Shown piece after piece: positions 1 through 9,508 of a stretch of 64,000 nt of DNA. The notes beneath the pieces were generated by a model that was given only the letters and a program-made list of their open reading frames with translations, was not told the origin of the DNA and made no database searches. The DNA is taken from the NCBI RefSeq assembly GCF_031844845.1, contig NZ_JAVRMB020000007.1, forward strand, positions 9,153 to 73,152. Reading direction: 5' to 3'. Position 1 is the stretch's first letter. Each line of letters opens with the position of its first letter. A program made the position numbers and the translations under genes. The DNA comes from Endozoicomonas sp. (GTDB lineage Bacteria; Pseudomonadota; Gammaproteobacteria; Pseudomonadales; Endozoicomonadaceae).

Positions 1-1341
1 TAGTGTTTTCCTGCTGATACCCAGTTTCTGGGCCAGCTCGGTTTCTGTCATCTGGTTCTGGTGTTCGAGGACAAAGCGCTGGAAATAGTCTTCCAGGGTC
101 AGGCCATCGTGAAGTTCTTCAGCATCCGGTCGGAACAGTGTCTGTTTAACCCTAACCTCTATATCCATATTTTCCAGTGTAATGATATTGTCTTCTGAAA
201 GAATGACCGCCCGTTCGAGGGCATGTTCCATTTCCCGTACGTTGCCCGGCCACTGATACTGAGCAATCGCGGCCATGGTTTCTGGCGCCAGGGAGAAAAG
301 TTCCAATCCCATTTTTTTACAGGTTTTGGCCAGCAGTTTTTCTGCCAGCATCAAAATATCATTGCCTCTTTCCCTGAGCGGAGGGATACGTAACTCAATC
401 ACTTTCAGTCGGTAATAAAGGTCCTCACGAAATTCATTCTGCGAAGCAAGCTGTTTGAGGTTTCTGTGGGTGGCGGCAATCAGGCGAACATCAACTGACA
501 GGGACTGTACGGAGCCAACACGACGAATTTCACCTTCTTGCAGGACACGAAGAAGCCGGGCCTGTGCTTCCAGGGGCAGCTCACCAATTTCATCCAGAAA
601 CAGGGTTCCGCCATTGGCCGCCTCAATCAGGCCGGTACGGGCTGAAGTGGCTCCGGTAAATGAGCCTTTTTCGTGACCAAACAGCTCAGACTCTATCAGT
701 GATTCCGGAATCGCTGCGCAGTTGACACAAATCATCGGGCCATTGATGCGTCGACTGTTCTCGTGCAGGGCTTGGGCCACCAGTTCCTTACCGGTTCCGG
801 ATTCTCCCTGAATCAATACAGTGGCATCCGTAGGCGCTACTTTTGTGATTTGTCGGAACAGTAGTTGCATACCATCACACTGCCCTAAAATACCATTGAA
901 TCCCTTGCCAGGCCGTTTCTCTTTATCGGTACTGGCAGCAACTTCCGATTCAGCGGTAACCTTTGATGACGATTGTTTTTTTATCGCTTCAGCAACTCTC
1001 TGCAGCATTTCTGCATGGTCGAATGGTTTGGCAATATAATCCACAGCCCCTTGCTTCATGGAGGACACCGCCGAATTCAGGCTGGCGTAGCTGGTCATGA
1101 TCAGTACGGGAATACCGTTCGCCAGATTAATCATTTCAGTACCCGGCTTGCCGGGAAGCCTCAGGTCACTGATGATCAGTGAATATTTATTCTGTGACGC
1201 AGCCTGTTGTTGAAGTTGTACTTCTGCCTCATGAACGGAGCCTGCCTCGGTAACCACATACCCTTGTCGTTCCAGTAAACGCCGCAATGATGCCCTGATA
1301 ATCTCTTCATCTTCGACGATTAGTATCTGACCCTGACTCAT
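1..1341 (-). CDS. cbrB: sigma-54-dependent response regulator, NtrC family (CbrB-like); C-terminus runs off the window
   Basis: Not in the ORF track because it is open at the window edge. My minus-strand translation from ATG 1341..1339 gives MSQGQILIVEDEEIIRASLRRLLERQGYVVTEAG (receiver domain). It also shows GESGTGKEL Walker A (~781-810), GHEKGSFTGA (GAFTGA-type motif, ~649-678) and a Fis-type HTH QMTETELAQKLGISRKTL at nt 1-60. The start overlaps the kinase stop (ATGA at 1338-1341). Confidence 0.9.
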   Translation of the reverse strand, partial: MSQGQILIVEDEEIIRASLRRLLERQGYVVTEAGSVHEAEVQLQQQAASQNKYSLIISDLRLPGKPGTEMINLANGIPVLIMTSYASLNSAVSSMKQGAVDYIAKPFDHAEMLQRVAEAIKKQSSSKVTAESEVAASTDKEKRPGKGFNGILGQCDGMQLLFRQITKVAPTDATVLIQGESGTGKELVAQALHENSRRINGPMICVNCAAIPESLIESELFGHEKGSFTGATSARTGLIEAANGGTLFLDEIGELPLEAQARLLRVLQEGEIRRVGSVQSLSVDVRLIAATHRNLKQLASQNEFREDLYYRLKVIELRIPPLRERGNDILMLAEKLLAKTCKKMGLELFSLAPETMAAIAQYQWPGNVREMEHALERAVILSEDNIITLENMDIEVRVKQTLFRPDAEELHDGLTLEDYFQRFVLEHQNQMTETELAQKLGISRKTL

Positions 1342-4300
1342 GTCATATCCCTCTGAAATTCCAAAGGCTGCTCCGCTATGCTGGAATCCGTAACCTTCGA
1401 GTCCGTGACGGATTCCGACTCATGGCGTGGCAGCGAGATGATGAAACAGGATCCTCGTCCTGTCACCGGGTCCAGCGGACTAACCACCTGAATACTGCCA
1501 AAGTGTTCTTCGATAATATTCCAGGTCAGTGCCAGACCCAGGCCTGTGCCTTTACCGGCCTCTTTTGTGGTGAAAAATGGCTCAAACAGTTTTTCCTGTA
1601 TTGTTTTGGGAATGCCGTGTCCCTGATCTTCTACACAGATGGTCACTGTGTGCTGGTTGGCGGTGGTACTGACTGAAACAATGCTTTCAGAATCACTGGC
1701 AACCTCTGAGGCATCGGCTGCATTTTTCAGCAGATTGATAAACACCTGTTGTAATTTTTGACGATTACCGCTGATACAAAGGCCGTCAGAAGATAAATTA
1801 CGGAATAGGATGTTGCTGTTCTTATGGTTCAATTGCAACAGGCTAATGGCTTCCTGAATCGTACTGTAAATTTCTACCGGCTCTGTGGACAGTGACCCGT
1901 TATCATCCCGCCGTTGCTGTCCGCCATTTTGTCCACTATGGGCATAGGATACGAGGGTTTGCACAATACGACTCACCCTTTTGGTCTGCTCCAGTATCTG
2001 ACGGGAACTGTGCTGGATATCCGGGTCCGATGAAAGGGCGCTCATTTCCTGGGCAAGGCAGTCAATACCGGTAATCGGGTTGCCAATTTCATGGGCCACT
2101 CCTGCTGCCAGCTGACCAATAGACGCCAGTCGTTCACTATGGAACAGCTGCTCTTCCAGCATTTGGGTTTCAGTCTGGTCTTCAAGTAGCATCACCTGGT
2201 TACCACCAGTACCGGAAACTGGTGCCTGTATTGATGCTTTGTGGAGGCTGAAATAGTGGATGGCACCCGCCATTTCGATACGGTGTTTGGTCAGGTGGTT
2301 TTCTGGAAGATGAATAAAATCACTCAGGATCTGGTTCCAGGGCGCAGGGATGGTTTTCAGGGGCATACCCAGGACATCTTCGGCAGCAATACCGGTCAAT
2401 TCCGTCATTGCCTGATTCCACAGCATAACCTCACTAAGGCTGTTTAATGGATCAGTTGCGGCGCTCTCAATAGAAGAATCAATTGAACAGACAGCCATTG
2501 GCAGGCTGTTCAGGGTATCTCTGTGATACCGTCTGAGGCTATCAAGCTCACCAGCAAGCCCCGTTAGTTTTGAATGATAGGCTTCCAATCGTGATTCCAT
2601 AAAATGGATGTCTTTAGGTACATAATCATTTTCAACATCCAGCGGTAGAAAAGAATCAACAATTTCGTGGGCAACGGTCGGTCCCATGAGCCCGGACAGG
2701 TTTTTTTCAATGCGATCCCTGAGCCGTCTCAGTGAATGCGGCCGGTTATCGTCCGGTCGCATGTTCAAATCGGTCAGTGCTTTATTGATCTCTGTTTGAG
2801 CGGCAACCGGACCAAGTGGCGCACTGAGCATTTCCTGAAATTCATAAGAGGAGCGGGCTTTGGGGATTTTGTACGGCTGTTGACTTACTTCCCGAACAAG
2901 ACAGGCGGCAGCAGCATTGCTCTCTTCGTCAGACATTCTGGTAAAGCTGGAGATCAGATAAAACACCAGAACATTCACGAGCAAAGATGAGGTCGCAGCA
3001 ATGTACCAGCCATCGTTGGTAATGGTGCCAAAGTTGACGCTACGAATAGGGAAAATCTCAAGCCCCATGGTCAAAGGCAGCATCAGGGTAAAGAACCAGA
3101 CAGTGGTTCCTGACAGAATACCCAGAATTAGCCCTTTATGATTTGCCTTACCAATATACAGGGTAGCCAGGGTTCCCGGCAGCAGTTGCAGAGCGCCTAC
3201 ATAGGCGACAATGCTGAGGCTGTACATATCCACTTCATTATGGAGTAGCCGGTAAAAACCATAAGAGGCGAGAATGAGTGAGGTAATGAGCAGCCGTTTA
3301 ACATTGGTCAGCCAGCGGTAAATATTCTTCTGGACCTGTACGGGTTCTTTGCTCTGGTGCAGGGGCAGAATAACGTGGTTAAGCAGCATAGAAGAGAGTG
3401 ACAGTGAGGTTACGATAAACAGGCCGCTGGCGGCCGACAGGCCGCCGATATAGGCGATAATGGTCAACCATCGACTGTCTAATGCCTGACCGATGGCCAG
3501 GGGAAAGTATTCCGGTGGGTATTGGTTGTCGATTTTTAAGCCAGCCCAGAGAATTAATGGCGTTGAGATGCTCAGCAGTAAAAGAAAGAATGGCAGTCCC
3601 CAGCTGGCGGTCAACAGGGCTTTCATATTGCGGTTTTCAGCGAACGTCATATGGAACATATGGGGCATCACCACGGCAGAAGCAAAGAACATCAGCAGGG
3701 TGGTACGCCAGGGGCCATCGTCCAGGTGGGAGTTCATGCCGATGATCACTTCGGAATTATCTTCCAGCCAGCTATTCAGGCCCGGTAATCCGTCAAAGAT
3801 CTGGAAGATGACCACGATACCCAGCAGAGCCATGATGAGCAGTTTGAGCAAAGACTCAAAGGCGATGGCGACTACCAGCCCGTCATGCTGATGGCGACTG
3901 GCCAGGTGACGGGTGCCAAACATAATGGAGAGCAGTGTGACCATGATGCAAAAACCAAAAGCCAGTGTTTCCGGAGACGACTCCTCACTTAATAGATGGA
4001 CACTGTCGGCCACTGCCTGAATTTGCAAAGCCAGCAGGGGAAAGCTGATAAACAGCAAGAGCAGTGTACTGAGCGTCCCGGCAACGGGACTGCGAAAGCG
4101 AAATGCCAGGACATCGGCCAGAGAACTGAGCTGGTAGGTTGAGGTGATTTTTAAAATCGGTATCAATAATACCGGTGCTAATAAAAAAGCGCCGCTGAGG
4201 CCAAAGTAGAATCCAAGAAATACATAGCCATCGTCGTTGGCTACGCCAATGCTGCCGTAGTAGGCCCAGCTACTGGCATAAATACCAAGCGACAGAACGT

Positions 4301-4424
4301 AGGTAACAGGGTGATGAACGATCTTTTTCGGAATAATTCCGCGATCCGTAGCCCAGGCACAGAGAAACAGTACGCTGAGATAGACGACACTGACCAGAAT
4401 AAGCTCTTCCAGTTCAAAGTTCAT
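1338..4424 (-). CDS. cbrA: sensor histidine kinase with N-terminal sodium/solute-symporter-like membrane domain plus PAS (CbrA-like)
   Basis: The ORF track gives 1338..4460 (1040 aa) with TTG at 4460. I prefer ATG 4424 (MNFELEELILVSVV). The N-terminal ~500 aa form many hydrophobic helices of SSS/SLC5 type. Downstream are the H-box LAAGVAHEIGNPITG and HATPase motifs NLLKNAADA, DQGHGIP and GTGLGLAL. A symporter-HK fusion directly upstream of an NtrC-type regulator is the CbrA/CbrB arrangement. Confidence 0.85.
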   Translation of the reverse strand: MNFELEELILVSVVYLSVLFLCAWATDRGIIPKKIVHHPVTYVLSLGIYASSWAYYGSIGVANDDGYVFLGFYFGLSGAFLLAPVLLIPILKITSTYQLSSLADVLAFRFRSPVAGTLSTLLLLFISFPLLALQIQAVADSVHLLSEESSPETLAFGFCIMVTLLSIMFGTRHLASRHQHDGLVVAIAFESLLKLLIMALLGIVVIFQIFDGLPGLNSWLEDNSEVIIGMNSHLDDGPWRTTLLMFFASAVVMPHMFHMTFAENRNMKALLTASWGLPFFLLLLSISTPLILWAGLKIDNQYPPEYFPLAIGQALDSRWLTIIAYIGGLSAASGLFIVTSLSLSSMLLNHVILPLHQSKEPVQVQKNIYRWLTNVKRLLITSLILASYGFYRLLHNEVDMYSLSIVAYVGALQLLPGTLATLYIGKANHKGLILGILSGTTVWFFTLMLPLTMGLEIFPIRSVNFGTITNDGWYIAATSSLLVNVLVFYLISSFTRMSDEESNAAAACLVREVSQQPYKIPKARSSYEFQEMLSAPLGPVAAQTEINKALTDLNMRPDDNRPHSLRRLRDRIEKNLSGLMGPTVAHEIVDSFLPLDVENDYVPKDIHFMESRLEAYHSKLTGLAGELDSLRRYHRDTLNSLPMAVCSIDSSIESAATDPLNSLSEVMLWNQAMTELTGIAAEDVLGMPLKTIPAPWNQILSDFIHLPENHLTKHRIEMAGAIHYFSLHKASIQAPVSGTGGNQVMLLEDQTETQMLEEQLFHSERLASIGQLAAGVAHEIGNPITGIDCLAQEMSALSSDPDIQHSSRQILEQTKRVSRIVQTLVSYAHSGQNGGQQRRDDNGSLSTEPVEIYSTIQEAISLLQLNHKNSNILFRNLSSDGLCISGNRQKLQQVFINLLKNAADASEVASDSESIVSVSTTANQHTVTICVEDQGHGIPKTIQEKLFEPFFTTKEAGKGTGLGLALTWNIIEEHFGSIQVVSPLDPVTGRGSCFIISLPRHESESVTDSKVTDSSIAEQPLEFQRDMT

Positions 4425-4590
4425 CAGCGTTACCCCGAATCTGGAGGACAAAGCCCGCAACGATCAGAATGAACCAGAGAATCCAGGGTTGGTACCACTG
4501 CTCACCAAACGTAATCCACCACCCCATGATGGCGGGAGAAAAAAGGTAAATACCTATCACCAGAAGCAGAACGAGACGGTAGATATACAT
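4414..4590 (-). CDS. 58-aa hydrophobic mini-protein overlapping the cbrA start (cbrX-like / symporter small-subunit-like)
   Basis: Below the ORF-track size cutoff. My translation is MYIYRLVLLLVIGIYLFSPAIMGWWITFGEQWYQPWILWFILIVAGFVLQIRGNADEL*, which has two predicted TM helices. Its stop (4414-4416) lies 11 nt inside cbrA (ATG 4424), suggesting translational coupling. I see no clear SD upstream of ATG 4590. Confidence 0.45.
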   Translation of the reverse strand: MYIYRLVLLLVIGIYLFSPAIMGWWITFGEQWYQPWILWFILIVAGFVLQIRGNADEL

Positions 4591-4677
4591 ATTACGTCGG
4601 TACAGTTTCGCGGTTGGGCAGTCATGGTAATGGTTATATGGATAAACCGCAAAAATGTTGTGGTTTTTTCTTTATCG

Positions 4678-5295
4678 TTAAAGAGTTAGCGTCTGTCGGA
4701 AGGTCAGATTGATTCTGGGTTCTACTGGTCTTGCTGTTTTTGTCAGGCAGTGTTGCCAGTATTTTTGGGTGCTCCCCGCCATTACCAGTAAAGACCCTGA
4801 AATCAGGTCACAAGTGTAAGGTGTCAGGTCTTTTCTGTATTTATGACGAAGTCGAAATCGTCGTGTTGCCCCCAGACTGAATGATGCGATAACCGGGTTC
4901 TCTCCCAGTTCAGGTTCATCGTCACTGTGCCAGCCATTACTGTCCTGACCGTCTCGATAGAGGTTGATCAGAACGGAGTTAAAACGATGGCCACATATAG
5001 CTTCAATCTGTTGTTTAATAGAAATTATCGTCGGGTTCCACGGATGTGGGGATAGTGTCAGTCCGGAATATTGGTAGTTTGCATCAGAGTCTCCCATCCA
5101 TACCTGAAGCCTGGGAATAGCAAGGGTTTTACCATAAAGTGTTATATGGTCCTGCTGCCAGGGTAATGTAGAGCGTAGTTCTGAGTAGAGCTGATGGCAG
5201 GTGGCTTCGGGTGCTATCTCAGGCCAGAAAAGCAGGCGGGCATCAGGAAGGTTGTGTGTCTGTGGAGGCGTCGAAATGGCAATAAACGTATTCAA
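4678..5295 (-). CDS. alkB: alpha-ketoglutarate/Fe(II)-dependent dioxygenase, AlkB family
   Basis: 205 aa. AlkB-type motifs: NLYRDGQDSNGWHSDDEPELG, IASFSLGATRRFRLRH, SGSLLVMAGSTQKYWQH, RINLTFRQ. Confidence 0.85.
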   Translation of the reverse strand: MNTFIAISTPPQTHNLPDARLLFWPEIAPEATCHQLYSELRSTLPWQQDHITLYGKTLAIPRLQVWMGDSDANYQYSGLTLSPHPWNPTIISIKQQIEAICGHRFNSVLINLYRDGQDSNGWHSDDEPELGENPVIASFSLGATRRFRLRHKYRKDLTPYTCDLISGSLLVMAGSTQKYWQHCLTKTARPVEPRINLTFRQTLTL

Positions 5296-5340
5296 TGTTG
5301 TGGGCTCCTGACTACTTATTTGAGCACCTGTGACAGTCTT

Positions 5341-5432
5341 GGGGAACGGTTTTTAAATAACGGCTACATGGCAACGAACGCTACCCGAAAAAGCCGGACC
5401 CGCTTGCGCTTATGCGGGTAGCGGGCAACGGT
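5341..5432. repeat. MITE/REP family copy A (one degenerate end plus hairpin core)
   Basis: The sequence caacgaacgctacccgaaaaagccggacccgcttgcgcttatgcgggtagcgggcaacgg contains a 9-bp inverted repeat, CGCTACCCG/CGGGTAGCG. It is near-identical to the copy at 47548-47648. It fills the spacer between alkB and the next gene. Confidence 0.7.
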
Positions 5433-5441
5433 CTTAACAAG

Positions 5442-6197
5442 TTATAACCCGGGCGAATCGTACGTTACCCAGTAGATCATTTCTCCCGGACAGTCGCTGC
5501 CCAGAACATCTTCCATAATGTTATTGAGTTTTAGTTTGCCTATTTTTTCCAGCCACTGGTCGTCATCTATTTTTTCTTCCAGCAACCAGCTGGGTACAGA
5601 CTGACTGTCAGAGTTATACCAGGCCACAGGAAAACGCATATCTCTGGGCAGGCGATTGCGCTTCACGCTCAGTGATGCATCACATCGTACTACCATACTA
5701 TCAGCTACCTGCTGACGTTTACGCAGGTATTTGGTGGACTCTTTGGCGTATTTTTCCTCGTATGGGCTCATCAACTCTTCATAGCGGCTTTCCAGGCAAT
5801 GGTCGTAGGCACGGCTGATGTCGCCGTTTTCATAACCCATAATGCCACAGGCTTCGGTAACCCGATTTTTAATATCCCGGCTGAGTTCTTCATACCAGGA
5901 GGCATTAGGTCCAAGCACTCTTTGCGCTTCAAGGGTCGCAACAAAGATCAGGTTTTCATCCGGTGTAAAACAGGATGAAATGTTTTCTGTATGGACTGGT
6001 GCTTTAGTGCTTATAGAAGGCTCCTGACGGATAATTTGTTCCCGGGTTCGTCTGGCTGCATTGCAGAAATCAGAACTTTCTGCAGCAGGGCTGTCAGAAA
6101 CTATGCCCGGAGAGGCAAAAGCCAACGTATTGGCCATCAGGTTGAAAGAGAAAAAGGAAAGAGCAGCTACAAGAGCTGCTTTGAGGACTATCGACAT
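5442..6197 (-). CDS. hypothetical secreted protein (signal peptide)
   Basis: The ORF track gives 5442..6269. I prefer ATG 6197, which has an AAGGAG SD (6203-6208) 5 nt upstream. The N-terminus MSIVLKAALVAALSFFSFNLMANTLAFA looks like a signal peptide. I recognise no family. Confidence 0.6.
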   Translation of the reverse strand: MSIVLKAALVAALSFFSFNLMANTLAFASPGIVSDSPAAESSDFCNAARRTREQIIRQEPSISTKAPVHTENISSCFTPDENLIFVATLEAQRVLGPNASWYEELSRDIKNRVTEACGIMGYENGDISRAYDHCLESRYEELMSPYEEKYAKESTKYLRKRQQVADSMVVRCDASLSVKRNRLPRDMRFPVAWYNSDSQSVPSWLLEEKIDDDQWLEKIGKLKLNNIMEDVLGSDCPGEMIYWVTYDSPGL

Positions 6198-6451
6198 ATT
6201 CGCTCCTTGAACACATCTTTTTCGGACCCATCTCCAGATACCACGAGGTACTGGATGCATTTTATTCACACTTTATTCAATCATGTATAACATGTTCAGC
6301 GGGTCAGGGGTAGGCTCTTGATTCAAACCGCAACGAGCGCAACATTCGTTGTTATGATCCAAGGCTCAAGCTGCCTTTATGCAAGTCCCAAACACAATGC
6401 ATTACTTTGAAAGCAGAGAAATGATTGCATTATTGCGACCTAAAGACCCGC

Positions 6452-6497
6452 ACACAGCGAGTATGGCAAGGCTTGCTGTGTTCGTTGTGTTTTTTTT
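6452..6497. terminator. hairpin plus T8 tract abutting the gluQ stop (bidirectional-type terminator)
   Basis: ACACAGCGAG (6452-6461) pairs with CTTGCTGTGT (6472-6481). A T run follows at 6490-6497 on the + strand, which is an A run on the gluQ strand. Confidence 0.5.
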
Positions 6498-7402
6498 CAA
6501 CTGTCCTGTAATATCTCCTGCTTGCCTCGAATGTTCGTAAAAGACCAGTTCTGAATACCCCAGTTCAGGATCTCCTCAACTGAACTCATCATAAGGTCAG
6601 ACTTCGGTTGAAGGCCCAGTGCAGCGAATGCCCTGATGAGTATTGGGCGAGGGTTGTCCAGGGGGATGGCAGGCGCATGATTCTGTTTACTGAGTTTGTT
6701 GCCGCTACTTTGGGTAATGACTGGAATATGGGCATGGTCCGGATGTGGATAGTCCAGCTGACTCTGCAGATAAAGCTGTCGGGGAGTTGAGTCCAGAAGG
6801 TCTACACCTCTGACGATATGAGTGATCCCCTGAAAGTGATCGTCAACGCAGACGGCCAGCTGATAGGCATACAGGCCATCCTTCCGTTTGAGAATAAAGT
6901 CGCCAAGAGCGCTTAAATCAAACGACTGCTCACCTTGAATACGATCCCGGAACTGAATGATTTTATCGTTACACAGAAGTCTCAGTCCATGGGGTTGGTT
7001 GGGGATGTCGTGGCGCTTTCGACAATAACCCGGATAGACGCCATTCAGTCCGGCAAGTCGTTTGCGGGTGCAGGTACAGGGGTAAAGTTTCTTTTCACGC
7101 AGCAGTTTATTCAGTGTTTCATCGTAGGCTTCGCTGCGGTTACTTTGAAAAAGTACACTGCCATCCCATTGCAGGCCATAGGCTTCCAGTGTATTAAGGA
7201 TGAGGTCTGCAGCACCTGGCTGCTCTCTTGGGGGGTCAATATCCTCCATACGTACCAGCCATTTTCCTTGATGGACACGGGCATCCAGATAGCTTGCCAG
7301 AGCGGCAACCAGTGAGCCAAAGTGCAGGGGGCCGGATGGGGAGGGAGCAAAACGTCCGATGTAGGGTTTGTTGTAGATAGGGGTGCTCAGTGTGTCGCCC
7401 AT
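6497..7402 (-). CDS. gluQ: glutamyl-Q tRNA(Asp) synthetase
   Basis: 301 aa. It has a class-I aaRS signature, GRFAPSPSGPLHFGSL, and a truncated GluRS-like length. It lies directly downstream of dksA, as in E. coli. Confidence 0.9.
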   Translation of the reverse strand: MGDTLSTPIYNKPYIGRFAPSPSGPLHFGSLVAALASYLDARVHQGKWLVRMEDIDPPREQPGAADLILNTLEAYGLQWDGSVLFQSNRSEAYDETLNKLLREKKLYPCTCTRKRLAGLNGVYPGYCRKRHDIPNQPHGLRLLCNDKIIQFRDRIQGEQSFDLSALGDFILKRKDGLYAYQLAVCVDDHFQGITHIVRGVDLLDSTPRQLYLQSQLDYPHPDHAHIPVITQSSGNKLSKQNHAPAIPLDNPRPILIRAFAALGLQPKSDLMMSSVEEILNWGIQNWSFTNIRGKQEILQDS

Positions 7403-7412
7403 GGGGAATGAT

Positions 7413-7506
7413 ATGAACGTTGTCCGCTATCCGTTGTTCGACGCCCGCTCCCCGAAAAGGCCGGGTAGGCTTACGCTTTTACGGACAACGGGAAGCGGAC
7501 AACGGG
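7413..7506. repeat. MITE/REP family copy B (long imperfect hairpin)
   Basis: cgttgtccgctatccgttgt ... acggacaacgggaagcggacaacg are inverted arms around ccgaaaaggccgggtaggcttacgctttt. The element fills the dksA-gluQ spacer. Confidence 0.7.
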
Positions 7507-7511
7507 CTGGA

Positions 7512-7955
7512 TCATTTACCCAGCTGTCTTTCCTTGATCTCAGCCAGTGTTTTGCAGTCAATGCAAAGTGTGGCTGTTGGCCTGGCTTCCAGACGACGAA
7601 TGCCGATTTCTACACCACAACTATCGCAGAAACCATAATCATCTTCTTCGATTCGGGTCAGAGTACTGTCGATTTTCCTGATTAGTTTACGCTCGCGGTC
7701 ACGGGTTCTCAGTTCAAGACTGAACTCTTCTTCCTGACTGGCGCGATCAGCAGGGTCCGGGAAGTTCGCGGCATCATCCTGCATATGGTTCACTGTACGA
7801 TCCACTTCTTCCATCAATTCCCGCTTCCAGTTCAGCAGGATCTTGGTGAAGTGAGCAACCTGTGGCTCATTCATATACTCTTCCCCTGCCTTTTCCAGGT
7901 AGGGAGTAAATGATTTGAGCAGATTGCCTGTATCCGCGTTTTTCTGTGCTGACAT
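7512..7955 (-). CDS. dksA: RNA polymerase-binding transcription factor DksA
   Basis: 147 aa. It has a coiled-coil region and a C4 zinc finger, CDSCGVEI...CIDCK. Confidence 0.95.
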   Translation of the reverse strand: MSAQKNADTGNLLKSFTPYLEKAGEEYMNEPQVAHFTKILLNWKRELMEEVDRTVNHMQDDAANFPDPADRASQEEEFSLELRTRDRERKLIRKIDSTLTRIEEDDYGFCDSCGVEIGIRRLEARPTATLCIDCKTLAEIKERQLGK

Positions 7956-8401
7956 GATTACAGCCTCACCACCTTCTATTCATGAGCCAGGGGAACAACA
8001 ATCCTGGATCTCTCCATTTAGAGATGTTCGCTTCAGCTTGTTGAAAGCCGCCTCTGCGATCCCTCTGTTTCTGCCGGTTAGCCGGCTCCCTGAAAGCCAA
8101 GGTCAACACCATGGGTGCCTAGCGAGAACAAAAGCTCCTGACACTTGTCTCTTGCCTTCCTTAAAGAAGCGGAGAAACTACCAAAACCCATGGCAAGACG
8201 CCATAAAAAAATATCATCCGCTTTCTGACATTGACTAAAACCGGTGCTCAGGTCAACTGATATTATGCTCTCTATCGGCTATCCACCCGATTCTGAGGGC
8301 TTATCAGCCCTGCTGATGCAGAAATTATCAACGGTTATCTTAAAATTCTAGTTTAGAATATAAACAAGTAAATTAATGAATTTAAGTAATTAGGCTAAGT
8401 A

Positions 8402-9130
8402 ATGAAATACGATAGTCGCCTCTCAGAGGCTCGTTTTCTAAGAAGATACAAACGATTTATGGCGGATGTTGAGCTGGCAGATGGCTCACAAATTACCCTG
8501 CACTGCCCTAACACCGGCTCCATGAAAAACTGCCTCTACCCCGGTTACCGGGTATGGTATTCAGATTCCGGAAATCCCAAAAGAAAATATCCCTGTACCT
8601 GGGAGCAGGCCGAGATTCCGGTGGTGTTTAACGGCGAAGAGCGTATAACCCGGGCGGGACTGAATACCGGGCGAGCCAATGCTCTGGTGGAGGAACTGCT
8701 GATGTCAGGTAAGGTGCCTGAGCTTTCCGGTTATCAGAATATCCGGCGTGAAGTGCGTTATGGCGAAGAGAACAGTCGTATCGATCTGTTGCTTCAACAG
8801 GAAGGACTGTCAGACTGTTATGTGGAAGTAAAAAGCGTCACGCTGGCGATGGGGGATGGACTTGGCCTGTTTCCGGATGCGGTAACCAGCCGGGGCACAA
8901 AACACCTGCGTGAGCTGGCGCAGATGGTTGCTGGTGGTAGCAGAGCGGTATTGTTTTTCTGTGTTCAACATACCGGCATTGATCAGGTATCTGTCGCAAA
9001 AGAGATTGATCCGGTTTACGCAGAAGAGCTGCAAAAAGCTCTTGAAGCAGGGGTCGAGGTAATGGCATGGGGCGCGGAAATGTCGCCAGAGACTATTAAG
9101 CTTGTTAAGCCATTGCCAGTGATCCTGTAA
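8402..9130 (+). CDS. sfsA: sugar fermentation stimulation protein SfsA
   Basis: 242 aa. The N-terminus [13 protein letters not shown] and overall length match SfsA. It is divergent from dksA, as in enterics. Confidence 0.9.
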   Translation: MKYDSRLSEARFLRRYKRFMADVELADGSQITLHCPNTGSMKNCLYPGYRVWYSDSGNPKRKYPCTWEQAEIPVVFNGEERITRAGLNTGRANALVEELLMSGKVPELSGYQNIRREVRYGEENSRIDLLLQQEGLSDCYVEVKSVTLAMGDGLGLFPDAVTSRGTKHLRELAQMVAGGSRAVLFFCVQHTGIDQVSVAKEIDPVYAEELQKALEAGVEVMAWGAEMSPETIKLVKPLPVIL

Positions 9131-9174
9131 GAAGACTGGCAGCCTGGTGCATGATTTCAATGGATATGACAGTT

Positions 9175-9333
9175 AGGTTGGGTCGGGTCGAGCGGAGCGA
9201 GCCCCAACAAATCTCGCCCCCCATAAACAACAGTTAAATATTTACAGTCTGAATTGCCGGGCCCGTTTTTTTGCGGGTTGTTTGTTTGCTGTTGAGGGTT
9301 TGTGTTGGGGCTCGCATTCACTCGACCCAACCT
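9175..9333. repeat. 159-bp element bounded by ~31-35-bp imperfect inverted repeats
   Basis: The left arm is aggttgggtcgggtcgagcggagcgagccccaaca (9175-9209). The right arm is tgttggggctcgcattcactcgacccaacct (9303-9333). The arms match at aggttgggtcg and gcgagccccaaca. Confidence 0.6.
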
Positions 9334-9508
9334 TGTCACCGGTCAATTTCAGTGAAACCATGCGTGACGTCCTCTGCTTCCAGTCGGGCAGGCAGAAGAT
9401 TATCAGCCCGAATTAATTTGGAGCGAATACAGGTATATGACTATATCTGGCAGTGTTAGACGAATTTATAATAACAGCTTCCAATGACTTTTTTCCGTAG
9501 ATTCATAG

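Noticed and set aside
6300-6497. Possible orphan sRNA on the + strand ending at the strong hairpin plus T8 (6452-6497)
   Set aside because: I found no convincing -35/-10 upstream on the + strand. The hairpin abuts the gluQ stop and fits a bidirectional terminator, so it is kept only as a terminator feature. RNA-seq could revive the idea.
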